Assembly: GCA_965178125.1 (NCBI GenBank) | Contig: OZ237736.1 | Location: 1,240,001 to 1,304,000 of the forward strand | Source: Bilabrum cf. latius | Lineage: Eukaryota | DNA length: 64,000 nt | Direction: 5' to 3' | In this document: in pieces, positions 1-15,200 of the stretch | Position numbering within the stretch: position 1 is the stretch's first letter | Layout: every line of letters starts with the position of its first letter | Program-made: the position numbers and the translations under genes | The notes under the pieces: generated by a model | The model's input: the letters and a program-made list of their open reading frames with translations, nothing else | The model's database searches: none | What the model was told of the DNA's origin: nothing

Positions 1-1394
1 CACGAGCAAGTGCCCTCCTTGAAGTCGCAGATGCCATTATTGGAGCACAGGTCGTGCTCTTTCACTGTCGGGGCGCGCACTACCTCGGGCACTGTCCTGT
101 TCCCCACCCTCACAACCCAGAGAGCATTCAGCGCGTGCCCCACGTGCGACCCGAAGCTGAGCGTGATGGTGATGTTGCCATCTAATGCTTGCACGTCAAT
201 CTCACCGCCACCAGCAGGGATGTCGTATTCCACCGTCTGGTTGACCTGACGGAGCAGACCCACCCTGAACTTGTTGGGCACAGTGGTTGCGTTCGAGATT
301 AGGACCGCCACATCAAGCGTCCCCGGAACCCGACCAGCTTCAGCCAGCCCCCCATCGAGAATGACATCATTGCCAAGGCCGTCGAACGTCGTCGCATTGC
401 TGACCGACAGTGACATGTCGGCGTTGTCGAGCGTACAATTCACGGCATCTCCTGCAGACGATCTGGCGCTGCTGGCGTCGCAGTTGAACAGCACCAGGGC
501 GGGATCGCCCGTGTGCACAAATACGTTGTTCTCAATTGGATCGGGCTCGAACTCCAGCGCCACCTGGTAGCTGGCAGCGCCAGTGTCGGCATCCAGCTGA
601 GTGCGAAAGCACCTCGCCCTGCTGATGGCAGCATGCGACTCGAACGCGGCCTGGCACTGAGCCGCCGTCGCATTGGCTGGGAAGGGCTCTTCGGCGTGTC
701 TGCCCATGAATTTTAGGGCAAAGCTACCAGTCAGAGTGTCTGTGGGCGCCCCAGTCCCGGGATCGAGTCCCGTTGTCAGCGTAATCACCCGATCCTGCTG
801 GTTGCGGGTGCGAGGGTCGTCGCCACGAGGGCACACTCTCTGCGAACAATCGTGACCCGTTCGTCCCCAATCGCAGAAGCATTTCTAGATGCGATCTTTC
901 TCCCAACCAACATACATTGGGACATAACCATCGCCAGTCTAGCTGGGATTCGGTGCATCAATCCCGAAGAACTGGTTCAGCTTGCCCATGGTGATACACT
1001 CGCCTTTATCGTTGCAGTCACTAGGGCATGCAGTTCTTTCACAGGCAATGCCGCTGAAACCCGGGTAGCATGAACACACGCCCGCAGCTCTGTCGCAAAC
1101 GCCCTGGCCGCTGCACTCCTGGAGCGGTCGATCGGCAAACTCGCTACTTGAGATATTACTGTTGTCGAGACGGGCTGACCACGCTTCCCGGAACTCACAA
1201 ACACGATCATCACAACTTGGACCGGTATATCCATCGAAACAAGAGCACGATGAGGATGGGTTGTCACACAGACCGTGGCCGCTGCACAGATTCGGACAGG
1301 CGGCGTAAGAAAGGGTCGACACAGCCATAGAGAGCATCAGCACCCGTCCTGATAGCGGTATTGAACTCAGCTTGCTGGCGCGCTGATCTAACAT
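1..1394 (-). CDS. EGF-repeat secreted protein of the stramenopile tubular mastigoneme (Sig1/Ocm-like) type; 3' end runs off the window
   Basis: Hydrophobic leader, then CPNLCSGHGLC, ECSGQGVCDRAAGVCSCYPGFSGIACERTACPSDCNDKGECITM and WEKDRI[TAG]KCFCDWGRTGHDCSQRVCPRGDDP. The frame stays open toward position 1 if TAGs at 939-941 and 885-887 are sense. The start ATG is uncertain. Confidence 0.75.
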
Positions 1395-1727
1395 GTCGAA
1401 ACTGTACGCTCTGCGGTCTGCAGTATGGCTGAGCAAACGGTGCGTGAGTATGCAGCTGGATCCGAGGGGTTTCAGCGATTCTCCTTATTACAATGAGATA
1501 TATCTACACGTAATTACTACTACTGCTTGCAACTTTTTCTGATTCCCTGACGAATTCCAATTTTAAAGCTAAAAAACGCGTGTACAGGCGTTGGGTTCGT
1601 TTAGTTATTCCGAGTTGAGGTCGCTCTCGATAAGTTGGTCGCAAGATGATTTGTAGCGAACAGTTTGCACATCGCCTGGAGAAAAGTTGCCTGCGGGACA
1701 GATCACACAAAAGGTTGACCAGGCGAC

Positions 1728-4682
1728 ATGGAGCTCTCATCGTAGTTCGAATTTCGAACCTCTGAAGCAGGCTTTCCGATCATTGTTCGAAAAGGAGAGA
1801 AGTGGGCAGAAAAGCCTATTGTGCCTGCAGACGCTGCTCCTGCGGCAAGTGGCGCCGGTGCTGACGACTCTGTGAACCCGAGTGATGCAAGCAAGGGAGG
1901 AAGAGAATAGGAGCGCCTGATTGAATCATCCAAGGGTCGCATTGAGAGCCAGGGAAAGATTGGCGGGCAGTTTTCCGAAGCAGCAAGCCGGGAGTACTAC
2001 AAACGCAGGCATGCTATGTTTTCGGATCTGCTAGCAAAGCAAAAAGAGGCTATTGCCTGTGAGATACTACAGTCCGTCCTATTTTGATTTCTGATGGTGC
2101 GCTGCCTGTCCCACGGTCAAGAGGTGCTTGTCTGTGCACTGCTTACTGCCGCAGCCGAAGACCAACCTGAGATTGCAATCACTCTACCCGATGGTAAGGT
2201 GGTGTCCGGCAAATGCAACATTACGACTCCATTTGATATTGCATTGGGTATCTCGAAGAGCTTGTCGAAGAGGTGCATGGTGGCTCAGGTAATCTACTCG
2301 AGGCGATACTGCAACACCGACGTTGTAGCGACGGAGGATGACGATGAAGAAGATGAGGAGGAAGTGCTTGACGAGGAAGAGTACGAGAAGCGCCGCGCTG
2401 GCGTGTCGGCTTCGCCAATCTTGTGGGACATGAACCGCCCGCTGGAAGGCGACTGCCAGCTGTTCCTGAAGTCGTTCAAGGACAAGGAAGGCAAGGCCAC
2501 CTTCTGGCACTCCAGCGCCCATGTGCTGGGGCACGCGCTGGAGCAAAAGTTCGGGGTCAAGCTCTCGAACGGGCCGCCGGTGAAGGGTGGCTTCTACTAC
2601 GACGCGTACATGGGCGAGGGCTCTGTTCGCGAGGCCGACTACGCTGCCATGGAGGCCGAGGCCAAGAAGCTGGCCAAGAGCAAGCAGCCCTTCGAGAGGC
2701 TCGTCATCACCAAAGAACAGGCCCTGGAGATGTTCGCAAACAACCCGTTCAAGGTGGCCCTCATCAAGAACAAGGTACCCGAGGGCGCGGTGACGTCTGC
2801 GTACCGCTGCGGGGACCTGATCGATTTGTGCACTGGCCCGCACATCCCGTCTACCGACAAGGTGGCCGAGCTGAAGATCCTCAGGAACTCTCAGGCTTTC
2901 TGGCTGGGCGAGCAGACGAACGACAGCCTGCAGCGTGTGTATGCCGTTGCGTTCCCCGACAAGAAGGAGATGAAGCAGCACATGAAGATGCTGGAGGAGG
3001 CCAAGAAGAGGGACCACCGCCTTGTTGGCACCCAGCAGGACCTCTTCATGTTCCACGAGCTGTCGCCTGGCTCTGCGTTCTGGCTCCCGCACGGTGCCCG
3101 CGTCTTCAGCCAGCTCACGGAATTCATTCGCGAGCAGTACTGGGCGAGGGGTTTCCAGGAGGTGATCACGCCCAACATCTTCAATGTGGACCTGTGGCGG
3201 GTCAGCGGGCACGCGCAGCACTACATGGAGAACATGTTCTCCTTCGAGGTGGAGAAGCAGCTGTTTGCCATGAAGCCCATGAACTGCCCCGGGCACTGCC
3301 TGATCTTCAAGCACACGAGGCGCACCTTCAAAGACCTGCCCCTGCGGGTGGCGGACTTTGGCGTGCTGCATCGCAACGAATACAGCGGCGCCCTCACCGG
3401 CCTGACCCGCGTGCGCCGCTTCCAGCAGGACGATGCGCATTGCTTTATCCGAAGAGATCAGATCCAGGACGAGGTCGGCTACGCCCTTGATTTCATGGAC
3501 GACGTGTACCAGACCCTCGGGTTCACGTACGACCTGGACCTGTCCACCAAGCCCAAGAAGGCTCTCGGTGCGCAGGAGCTGTGGGACCTGGCCGAGTCTG
3601 AGATGAAGCAGGCCTTGAACAAGTTCGGCAAGCCCTGGAAGATCAATCCTGGTGACGGTGCCTTCTACGGCCCCAAGATTGACATCAAGGTGTACGACGC
3701 GCTCGGGAGGCGGCACCAGTGCGCCACCATCCAGTTGGATTTCCAGCTGCCCATCCGGTTTGATCTCAAGTACTCGTTGCCCAAGCAGGACGGGGCAGAG
3801 GATGCCGAGGGCGAGCAGGCGGAGAAGGGCAAGGGCAAGAAGGGCGGCAAGGGTCAGGGCAAGGGCAAGGGCAAGGGCAAGAAAGCTTCCGAGACGGAGG
3901 ATGCTGCGGCAGAGGCAGAGGCCAAAAAGGCCACTGAAAAGCCCAAGGGGGAGCACTATGGCGCCTTGGTCGTCGGAAAGACGGACCCGCCGCCTGGGTA
4001 CGCCCGTCCGATCATGGTGCACCGTGCCATCCTCGGCTCGGTGGAGCGGATGGCGGCCGTGCTGACCGAGCACACGGCGGGCAAGTGGCCCTTCTGGCTG
4101 TCCCCTCGGCAGGTGAAGATCGTGCCGATCAGCCCTGCGAACCAGCAGTTCGCCATCGAGGTTGCGCACATGCTTCAGGACGTGCGCATCCACGCCGAGG
4201 CAGACGTGACCGGCAACCAGCTGGGCAAGGGCATCCGAGAGGCGCAGGTGCAGCAGTTCAACTTCATCTGGTGCGTGGGCACGAAGGAGGCGGAGACTAG
4301 GAGCGTCACGGTGCGTCTCAACGGAGAGAAGCGGGACATCGGCGTGTTCCCTCTGGACGAGGCCATCGACAGGCTCCGGTACCTGCAGATCATGAGGTCC
4401 CATGACAACAGCGAGTTCGCTTCGGAGGAGGCCAAGTCCGGTGAGATCGGGGCACGAGCTGCCATGCGCAAGAAGTACCAGAGGGTGCGTGCCATGCAGC
4501 CGCTGCCGGAGTCTGCCAAGCTGAGCAAGGGCGGCCAGGCCTCCGAGCAGGAGATGCCCGAAGACATGCGGGCGGCCCTGGACTCGCTGCGTGCCGGCCT
4601 TGGAAGCAGCGAGGCGGCTGGAGCCGCAGGCGAAGCCGCGCAGGGAGGTGCGGCGTCTGGCCCGCAAGACCCGATCGCTTGA
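1728..4682 (+). CDS. TARS1: Threonyl-tRNA synthetase, cytosolic type
   Basis: TGS domain, FWHSSAH, DLCTGPH, KRDHR, KPMNCPGH, RVRRFQQDDAH, GAFYGPKID, HRAILGSVER, anticodon-binding domain. Exon 1 is 1728-2058 (TAG at 1743 and 1908), intron 2059-2154 (GTGAG...GCAG), TGA stop. Confidence 0.96.
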
Positions 4683-4842
4683 CGTGATTTCCTTCAAGTT
4701 GTTGGGAAGGTTGCGCTGGCCCGCTCAAGTTGGGATTGTGTCTGATTAGATCTAGTCTAGCTAGTTGCCACCTGCCATCAGGCTTAAGCAAATGTCTTTG
4801 AGTCGATCTGAGTTGCAGTCAAACACTCGCTAGACCTATCAG

Positions 4843-5662
4843 TTACAGTGGTTTTGTATTTTCAACGAAGAAGTCCATCATGTCTTTGAGGCCGAGGCCT
4901 TCGAGCACAGCCCCCCGAATCAACTTGACCGACCTGCCACCTTCTCCCGTAGTGCCAGTGCCATCAATCGATCCATCTGGAGCTGAAGGCTTGCAATCAG
5001 AGGCGCGTCCAGCTCCTCCTGCCGCTGAAGCGCCCTCCCCCCCGGCAACCGCCTACTCTGCCCGTCCAGATGCCGGAACCGGCGCCAGCGCCCCTTGCGG
5101 TCGCTTCGGTGCGCCTACGGAATCCCATGAGTCCATTCCAAGCTATCTTCGTATGTCTGCTAGTGGCAAAGCTCCTCGTTGGTCACATTTATTCGCGTAC
5201 ACTGCAATAGGGACCGGCCCCAACTACTCGTCCTCGGCGAGGGCTCTCAGCTCGGCCCCCGCAAGTTCTATGCGCTTTGAATCAGTGGCATCCACAACAA
5301 ACACTACGCCCTGTGTTCCTAGATAATGATGCCTCCAGTAAGGCCGCAAGCTCGGTCCACCTCCGATGTCCCAGAACGAAAAAGTCAGACCACCGTATTG
5401 CGCGTCCGTGCAGTTCGGTTCTACCGTCGCAGTAGTGGCTACATTAGAGCCCGTCGATAGTCGGTAAAATAAGGCTGCGAGATAGGGCCAGTGAATGTCA
5501 GCTTGGACGAGTTACTTGCGAAAGCACCAACGAACGAACTGCAACTGCGAGTATCCGAGTATCCTAACTTGTTTTTCCTGCACCGTCCAGACCTACGATC
5601 AAAATTCTCCTCTCCAGTTTAGTATCTAAGCTTCGAAAGTACCGTGACACATCAGATCCCAT
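4843..5662 (-). CDS. Arf/Arl-family small GTPase (absent from the ORF track)
   Basis: MGSDVSRYFRSLDTKLERRILIVGLDGAGKT|T (intron 5475-5568), WDIGGGPSLRPYWRHHY, VFVVDATD, YANKCD. In-frame TAG at 5224, 5143 and 5053; ends FFVENTKPL-TAA. Confidence 0.88.
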
Positions 5663-5800
5663 AGGGTACCACAAAAATAGTATTTGATTCCATGGCTTGT
5701 TCGGTGGATCTATGCGCTCCGAATTATTATGGCTGCATCATGTTCACATCTCAAGATCGAATTTTAAGGACGTGTAAAAAATGAGGGATGTGAACTTGGA

Positions 5801-9069
<3,269 letters not shown>

Positions 9070-9199
9070 GCTTGGTCGAAAAGTAGCGGGGGCGGGGTCT
9101 GCTTCGCCGAACCGAACCGAACGTTCACCTGACGCCCACAAAATGATAGATCTATAGTTTGGCGTTTTTGAGCACTATCAAGTCCACTTTATTTCAGCT

Positions 9200-12031
9200 A
9201 TGGATGTGGAATCGATCCGGAGGTTATCTAGGTACCTGGAGAGTATCGTTGGCTTTTCGTAGGCGGAAAGAAGACGAGCTGCCAAGATAGCGGTTTTGCT
9301 AGCGACGACGGGTGGCTTATTCGGCTTGTGGGCGTACTTGCGTCGCCAGCGTGACCAAAGAAGCCCATGGAGTGCGCTTCAAATATTTGGAGTGGGTGAT
9401 GCTATTCAAAGTCTGGCACTTGCATCGGTCTCACCGCATTTTCGCAATTCGGTTCTTGCGTCTGGTGTGTTGGCTGTGATAGCTAAATACGTCGGGCCTA
9501 GGGTGATGTGGCTGCCCCGCTGGTTGCGAAAGGGTTCATACAGCGCTGTTGTCTTCTTTTTTGCGCTCATCATGACGATTTACTACTTCACTCGCGTCAT
9601 CGAGAAGCCCCGCTATAGCTTCAATCGGCGGAGCGAATTCCTTGTCGCCATCATTGAGAGGCTTGGGACGCCGCAATTCCGGCCAGTCATTTACGCATTT
9701 AATACTCACATGCAAACTGTACTCTGCAACAGCTTGAACAAGCTGGACGAGATGTTCGCGCCCTACGCAAAGGTGCGTAGAGAAACGATCGAGGCTTGGG
9801 ACGGCAACCTAATCTGCCTGGACTGGGCCGCGAGTCCCGAGGCTGAAGCACTGCCGGTTGAGGCTCCAGTAGTACTTCTATTCCATGGCATCTTGGGTTC
9901 CAGCGAGGACAACTACGCGAGAAACGTGATGGACCTGTGCCTGTCGCGCGGCTGGAGACCGGTGGTGCAGGACAGGTGGCGCATCGACTACGGCGAGTGG
10001 AGAGACGTGCACCAGGCCATCCAGCACATCCACAAGAGGTACCCCAGGGCACCCATCACCGCCGTGGCTTTCTCCGCTGGCGCGCACGTGCTCCTGTCCT
10101 ACCTGCAGATGGTAGGCAGCTCCACCCCCTTGATCGGGGCTGCAGTGGTGAGCCCCGCCCTCGACCTCGTGAAGATGATTGCCTTCATGAGCAGGGCCAT
10201 CAACCCTTCCTACAGGTACGCCATGGAGTACTGCATCTTGGGATGCGTCAAGAGGCACATCGCGAACGACAGGCACCTCAAGCCGGCCGACGTGGGGGAC
10301 CTCATGGCCTCCTTCCAGTCGTCGACACACGGGTGCCACCGCATGTACGATACGCTGCTGTCTCGGCTGCGCACGTACACGGGCAACCCCGGGTCCCTGA
10401 ACGACGAGGCCGAGTTCATGAGGAAGGAGAACATCCCGCTGCCGTACGACGGGCTGGAGTTCTAGTCGCAGGTGCAGCCCCTTCGCATCCCCCCGTCGTC
10501 ATCATCATCGATGAGGTCAGAAGCGGGACAGGCTGGTAGCCCCCGCAATGGAGAGCTGTCCTCGGGGTCCAGCGGCGGGGAGAGGGCGGCTCGGATCGCG
10601 GAAAGAGTCGCGCTTGGCAGCCTCGCACGGAAAGAAGACGACGCGACCGGCTCGGCGCCATTGGGGGGTCGGGCCGCCGCAGGGGTAGGTTTCGGAGGGT
10701 CTGCTGCCGCAGCTGCGAGGGCTGAGGAGGAGGCCGTGGTGCGGCCGACCGACTCCGACGTGGCCAGCACGAAGCCGCTCTCAGCCGAGAAGTACTCTCC
10801 ATTCGGCAACGGGACGGCATCGCATTATCGCCGCACTGCGGGGAACAACCTCCACCGTGTGCAGATACCTTGCTTCGTGCTGGTCTCAAAGGACGACCAG
10901 CTGATCCCGCCGTCGTTCCACCGAATGCTGTATCGAGCCAGCCAGAGGAAGGGCTCTAGCATCATTTATGCGAGCACGGAGCGGGGAGGCCACTGCGCCT
11001 GGCACGAGGGCCTGTACCCCGCGGGCGCCTCTTTCGCTGAAAGACTCGTCGTGTAGTTCTTCGCTGCCCTGCTGGCGCAGCAGTCGCACACACACTACAT
11101 CCTCACGGTGGTGCGCAGGATGTACAGGCGGCAGCTCAGCCCGCGCAGGCCGCTCCGGAAGGTTTCCTCTGAGACGGACGAGCACACAGACTCGGCGGGT
11201 AGCGCGGACGCGAGCAGCTTGCGAAGCCTGCGACGGGCCATGAGCCACGGCGAGGAGCAGCCGTACGTGCCGACGTATCCTACGCAAAGCGACGCCGCGC
11301 CGGGTGTGAACGGGGGTCGGATCTCTGCCTCTAGGGGGGCTGGCAGTGCCACAGGCAGCACCACCCAGTAGCAGCAGCAGCAGCAGCAGCCATCCCCCAG
11401 TGTGTGGAGTGGAGGCGGATACTCCTCCAAAGGTGGCAGCAAGAAACTCAGGCGGTTGCCGTCGGAGGGAGCGGGCACTTCGGTTGACCTGGCCCTGGCG
11501 GATGCCCATGCTCGTCGCATGCGCAGCCGGGCACAGCTGCGCCGGGACGAGTCCAGCGACAGGGCGGCGGCAGCGGCAGCTGCAGCTGCAGACAGGCAAG
11601 GCAGGGCGTCTGCTGGGGCCAGCCACAGCCACGGCCATACCATGCCATCGCCCATCGCCAAAGAATCGTCTGGGCGCATAGACTAGGATGAGACAGAGGC
11701 AGCAGAGGCGGGTGCTGCTCAAATGGAGGGCCTGGGTCTGGCTGTGGATGCAGGACTGGACATTGACGTGCCCCCTGCACCACCGACGCTGACACCGGCC
11801 GACAAAGCAGGAAAAACTGCGGATGTGTAGGCTGATCGGCGTGGTCGTGTGTCAGGTGTGCTCCATGGAGAAGCTTCTGGGGGCAAGCAGCCGCAGCAGC
11901 TGTCGTTGACGGGTCGGCCGGTGGCCCCCTCGTTCTCGGATGCAGATGAGGTCATGGAGTCGCCGAGCAAATTTGCTAGAGTCTGCAGCGCGCCTGACCT
12001 GCAAGAGTGGTAGAATGATGGTGGACGGTGA
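9200..12031 (+). CDS. Membrane-anchored alpha/beta-hydrolase (ABHD1/2/3, YheT/EHT1-like), ~943 aa
   Basis: N-terminal TM segments, DGNLICLDW, LLFHGILGSS, AVAFSAG nucleophile elbow, SKDDQL and GGHCAW (catalytic Asp/His). ORFs 9296, 10472, 11108 and 11402 share one frame and are joined by TAGs; first TGA at 12029. Confidence 0.85.
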
Positions 12032-12236
12032 ATGATGTACCCTTGCAGCGAACACTTGTATCTGCCGAGATGTTCCAGGCTCACAGCGAAGGTGAATCGA
12101 ACGAACCCACAGGATGCAGTGCCCCAGTGTTCGTCACCATCGTCACTCTAGAGTTGGACAGAACGCGATTCAGGCCGCACTTTTCGCAGCCTATCGAACG
12201 TAGCGCGCCAGGCAGAATTTTACCATCGAAAGAAAC

Positions 12237-15200
12237 ATGTCAGCTGCAGACGCAGTGAAGGAAAGAGAAAGAATCAAGCGTATGATTAAGCAGTGGTACT
12301 CGTTTGAGTTTGCTGGCGAGCACGCTGAGCCCCTGAATGCACTGTTGGACAAAGTAAAGGAGTCCGCTCGACATTTCGTCAAGCTCAGTGCTGCTCGGGC
12401 AGAAGCCCGGGACAGGCTTGGGGGAGAAGATCCGTAGATTAAGGCTGCGGATCTCAAGATCGAGGCAGCGGCTGCCGATGGATTGAGCGAGGCCGCGCGC
12501 AAGGCTCTTGTCATTCGTGATGTATGCACGCATGCTATATCTGAGTTCATTCCATCTGATGATTCACCAGCCGAGCAATTCCGGGGACTGGAGGTTACCG
12601 CTGCAAGCTCAAGCTCGGCAGCTGCACTGGAACACGCGATTGAAGGGTTCTGCTCGTCGATCCGAACCACCAAGTCCCGCGTCGAAGCCGCAAAAGAAGA
12701 GCGCAAGAAGGCCGTAGATAAACCCGATGCCGAAGGCGATGCTGCCAAAGCAGCCCACCACACAAACTTGGAGAGGCTGCGGGAGGCCGCTGATAAGGCG
12801 GGCATTGCAGTGCCTTGGTAGCTAGAATATGTCCTGGTTATGCGCGACTAGGATTCTGGCAAGGCGAGCTTTGAGGGTGGCATGGTTGAAGATGCAGAGA
12901 CTGGGGCCTCCTTGAACGAGAGCTACTGCGAGCTCACCGGTGTTGAGCTGCAAGTGTGGGCACGGGGTGAAGACAACTTCTGCTACAGGTGTGTGGACGC
13001 CGGAGGCTTCGTACCTGCTCTATCGGAAGACCCGGCCCGGAACGCCCGGTGCCATTCAGAACCTGTGCATTAGCTGCTGATCGGCCCGCCTGGCACGTTC
13101 GTAGTCCGGGAGGCTGACGACGACATTGCTGGCAAGCCGGAGCCCGGCAGGCTGCAGGAGATTCCTCCCGTCCTGCAAACGCTTGCGTGGTTCAGGCGCA
13201 CGCTGTGGCTATTGAATCCGCAGGAAACGCGGCCCGCTTCTAGGACTGATGGTGGGCGAGGCCACTTGCAGAGGGCCCTGCTCGCTGTGTCTCGAGCAGT
13301 TGCCCAACTGCTCGCCCTGGAGCCAATGCTCCTCGGCTCATGGGTGAGAGAGAAGAACACAATTTTCCTGCAAACGGCGGTAGCCAGCGCACCGACAGTG
13401 GCGCACGCTGTGGCAAACGCGCTTCGTGTGTTCCAGGACCGGCCCTTCATCGGAATTCCCCGAAGCATTGACTCGGCCGTGACCCGAATCGCAGCTCGCA
13501 TCGCGGGTGGCAAGCCGTGCGGGTGCACGGAGGAGACCCTGGGCGACAGCCTGCTCTGCTTGTCCGTGCAGGCAGCAGGAGCTGTGACTTCTCTGGGTGG
13601 AGGAGGAATCAGTGGACCCGACGACAGGGGCGCCGCGGCGTCGCAAGCAGGTGCGGCCGGGCACAGCCACGGTGCATCAGCGGCCGTGCCAGCCACATGG
13701 AGAAAGAGCGTGCCAGTCCCTGGCCCTGCCGTCTCTTTCACCGACACGGGGGACGCGATTCGAGAGGCTCTTGGTGACGAAGAGAGGCAGCGCATGTACC
13801 TGGAGGGAAGCGCGGACGGCCACTGGCACTGGATGACCTTCGGCCAAGTGCGCAGGCGTGTCTTCCAGCTGACCGCAGGGCTCTGCCGTCTCCTGCCGCC
13901 GCACTCCTTCGTGGGTCTGTGCTCCACTCACAATCGTCCAGAGTGGGTGGAAGCCGACATGTCATGCGCGCTGAACCACTTCCCGTCCGTTGGGATGATG
14001 CCGAACTGGCCACTGGACGAGATGACTCACGTGGCTCGCATCGCGCGACTCTAGGCTGCGGTCGTCTCGCACGATGTTGCGGCCAAAGTCGCAAGAGCTG
14101 TCCAGCACGACGGTTGTCGCTAGTTGCAGCTGCTCGTAATTCTTCCTAGTGACCCCATGGCAGCGGTGGTGGAAGATGGGGGCGGGGCAGCAGCGGAGGA
14201 GGCACGGCAACGAGAGTCTGATTCCATGTGCAAGCTGCGGCAAGACGTTGTGCAGGCGGCACAGGAGGAACACATTAAGGCAGTTGGGTCTGCTGATGGT
14301 ACCCGAGCGGCAGGCAAAATCACTCCAGTTGTTCCAAGGCTCATCAGCTATGGAGAGGTGCTGCGGCTCGGATCCCTGGCGCTCTCTGCGATTCAAGCAG
14401 ACGGCACCTCACCGTCACGGCTGGTGCCCAGCTACTCGGGGATCGGACCAGAGACGCCGGTCACGTGTTTGGACGACGATGATGCCGCGAGATGCAAGCA
14501 CTTGGTTGCAAAGTGCGTGCGTGCATCTGGCCATGAGCTAGAAGTCATCAAGGCGCCGGCTGCCCTTGTCCCTAGTGCAGCAGGCGGCACGGGGGCCCCC
14601 GTCTCTCCTGTCCTTTCAAGACTCGGAGACTCATCCGGGAAAGCGCAGGGCACTGCCAGCGAAGTGAATTCGTCTGGAGCCGCTTCTGCGGGAGAGGTCA
14701 AGCCGCCGTCCATGTTCCGCAGCGTGTCGGTGGATTCGTCCCAGCCAGCGCCATCGGCCGAGCGGTCCGTGTCTGTGGCAGAGCGAGTGCGCTCCGGTAG
14801 CACATGGGATTATCCGTCGACTGGTGATGCTGCTCGATCATCCATGTCAGCAGAATTGACTGTATCGCCGAGTGATGGTGCGGCAGAGGTGCCTCTGAAC
14901 CTGATCCGGCTTCGACCGGGAGACTCAGAAGCACATGCGATGAAGTGGGATCCCAGGTTGCTGCTGCTGCAGCATTCGATCCCAACACTGGAGCGTGAGC
15001 GGAGCAAGGAAGCAGCATAGCATGCTGCATGCGATGCGAAAGGAGTGTAGGGGCCACCCTCGATGTCTTACGGCGGCGACCCAAGCAGTGCACCCGCCGA
15101 CGGCCCCTCGTCCGGCGCAGGTTCGTCTGCTTGTACAGCTCCCAGTGTAGAGGCGGCCTTTTACAAGGGCTAGCGAGTGATTTCGCTTGTCTTCACGTCT

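Noticed and set aside
2184-4697. 837-aa antisense ORF over ThrRS (and the 400-aa antisense ORF over actin, 50297-51499)
   Set aside because: Typical antisense shadows caused by strong G/C-ending codon bias; no recognisable domains.
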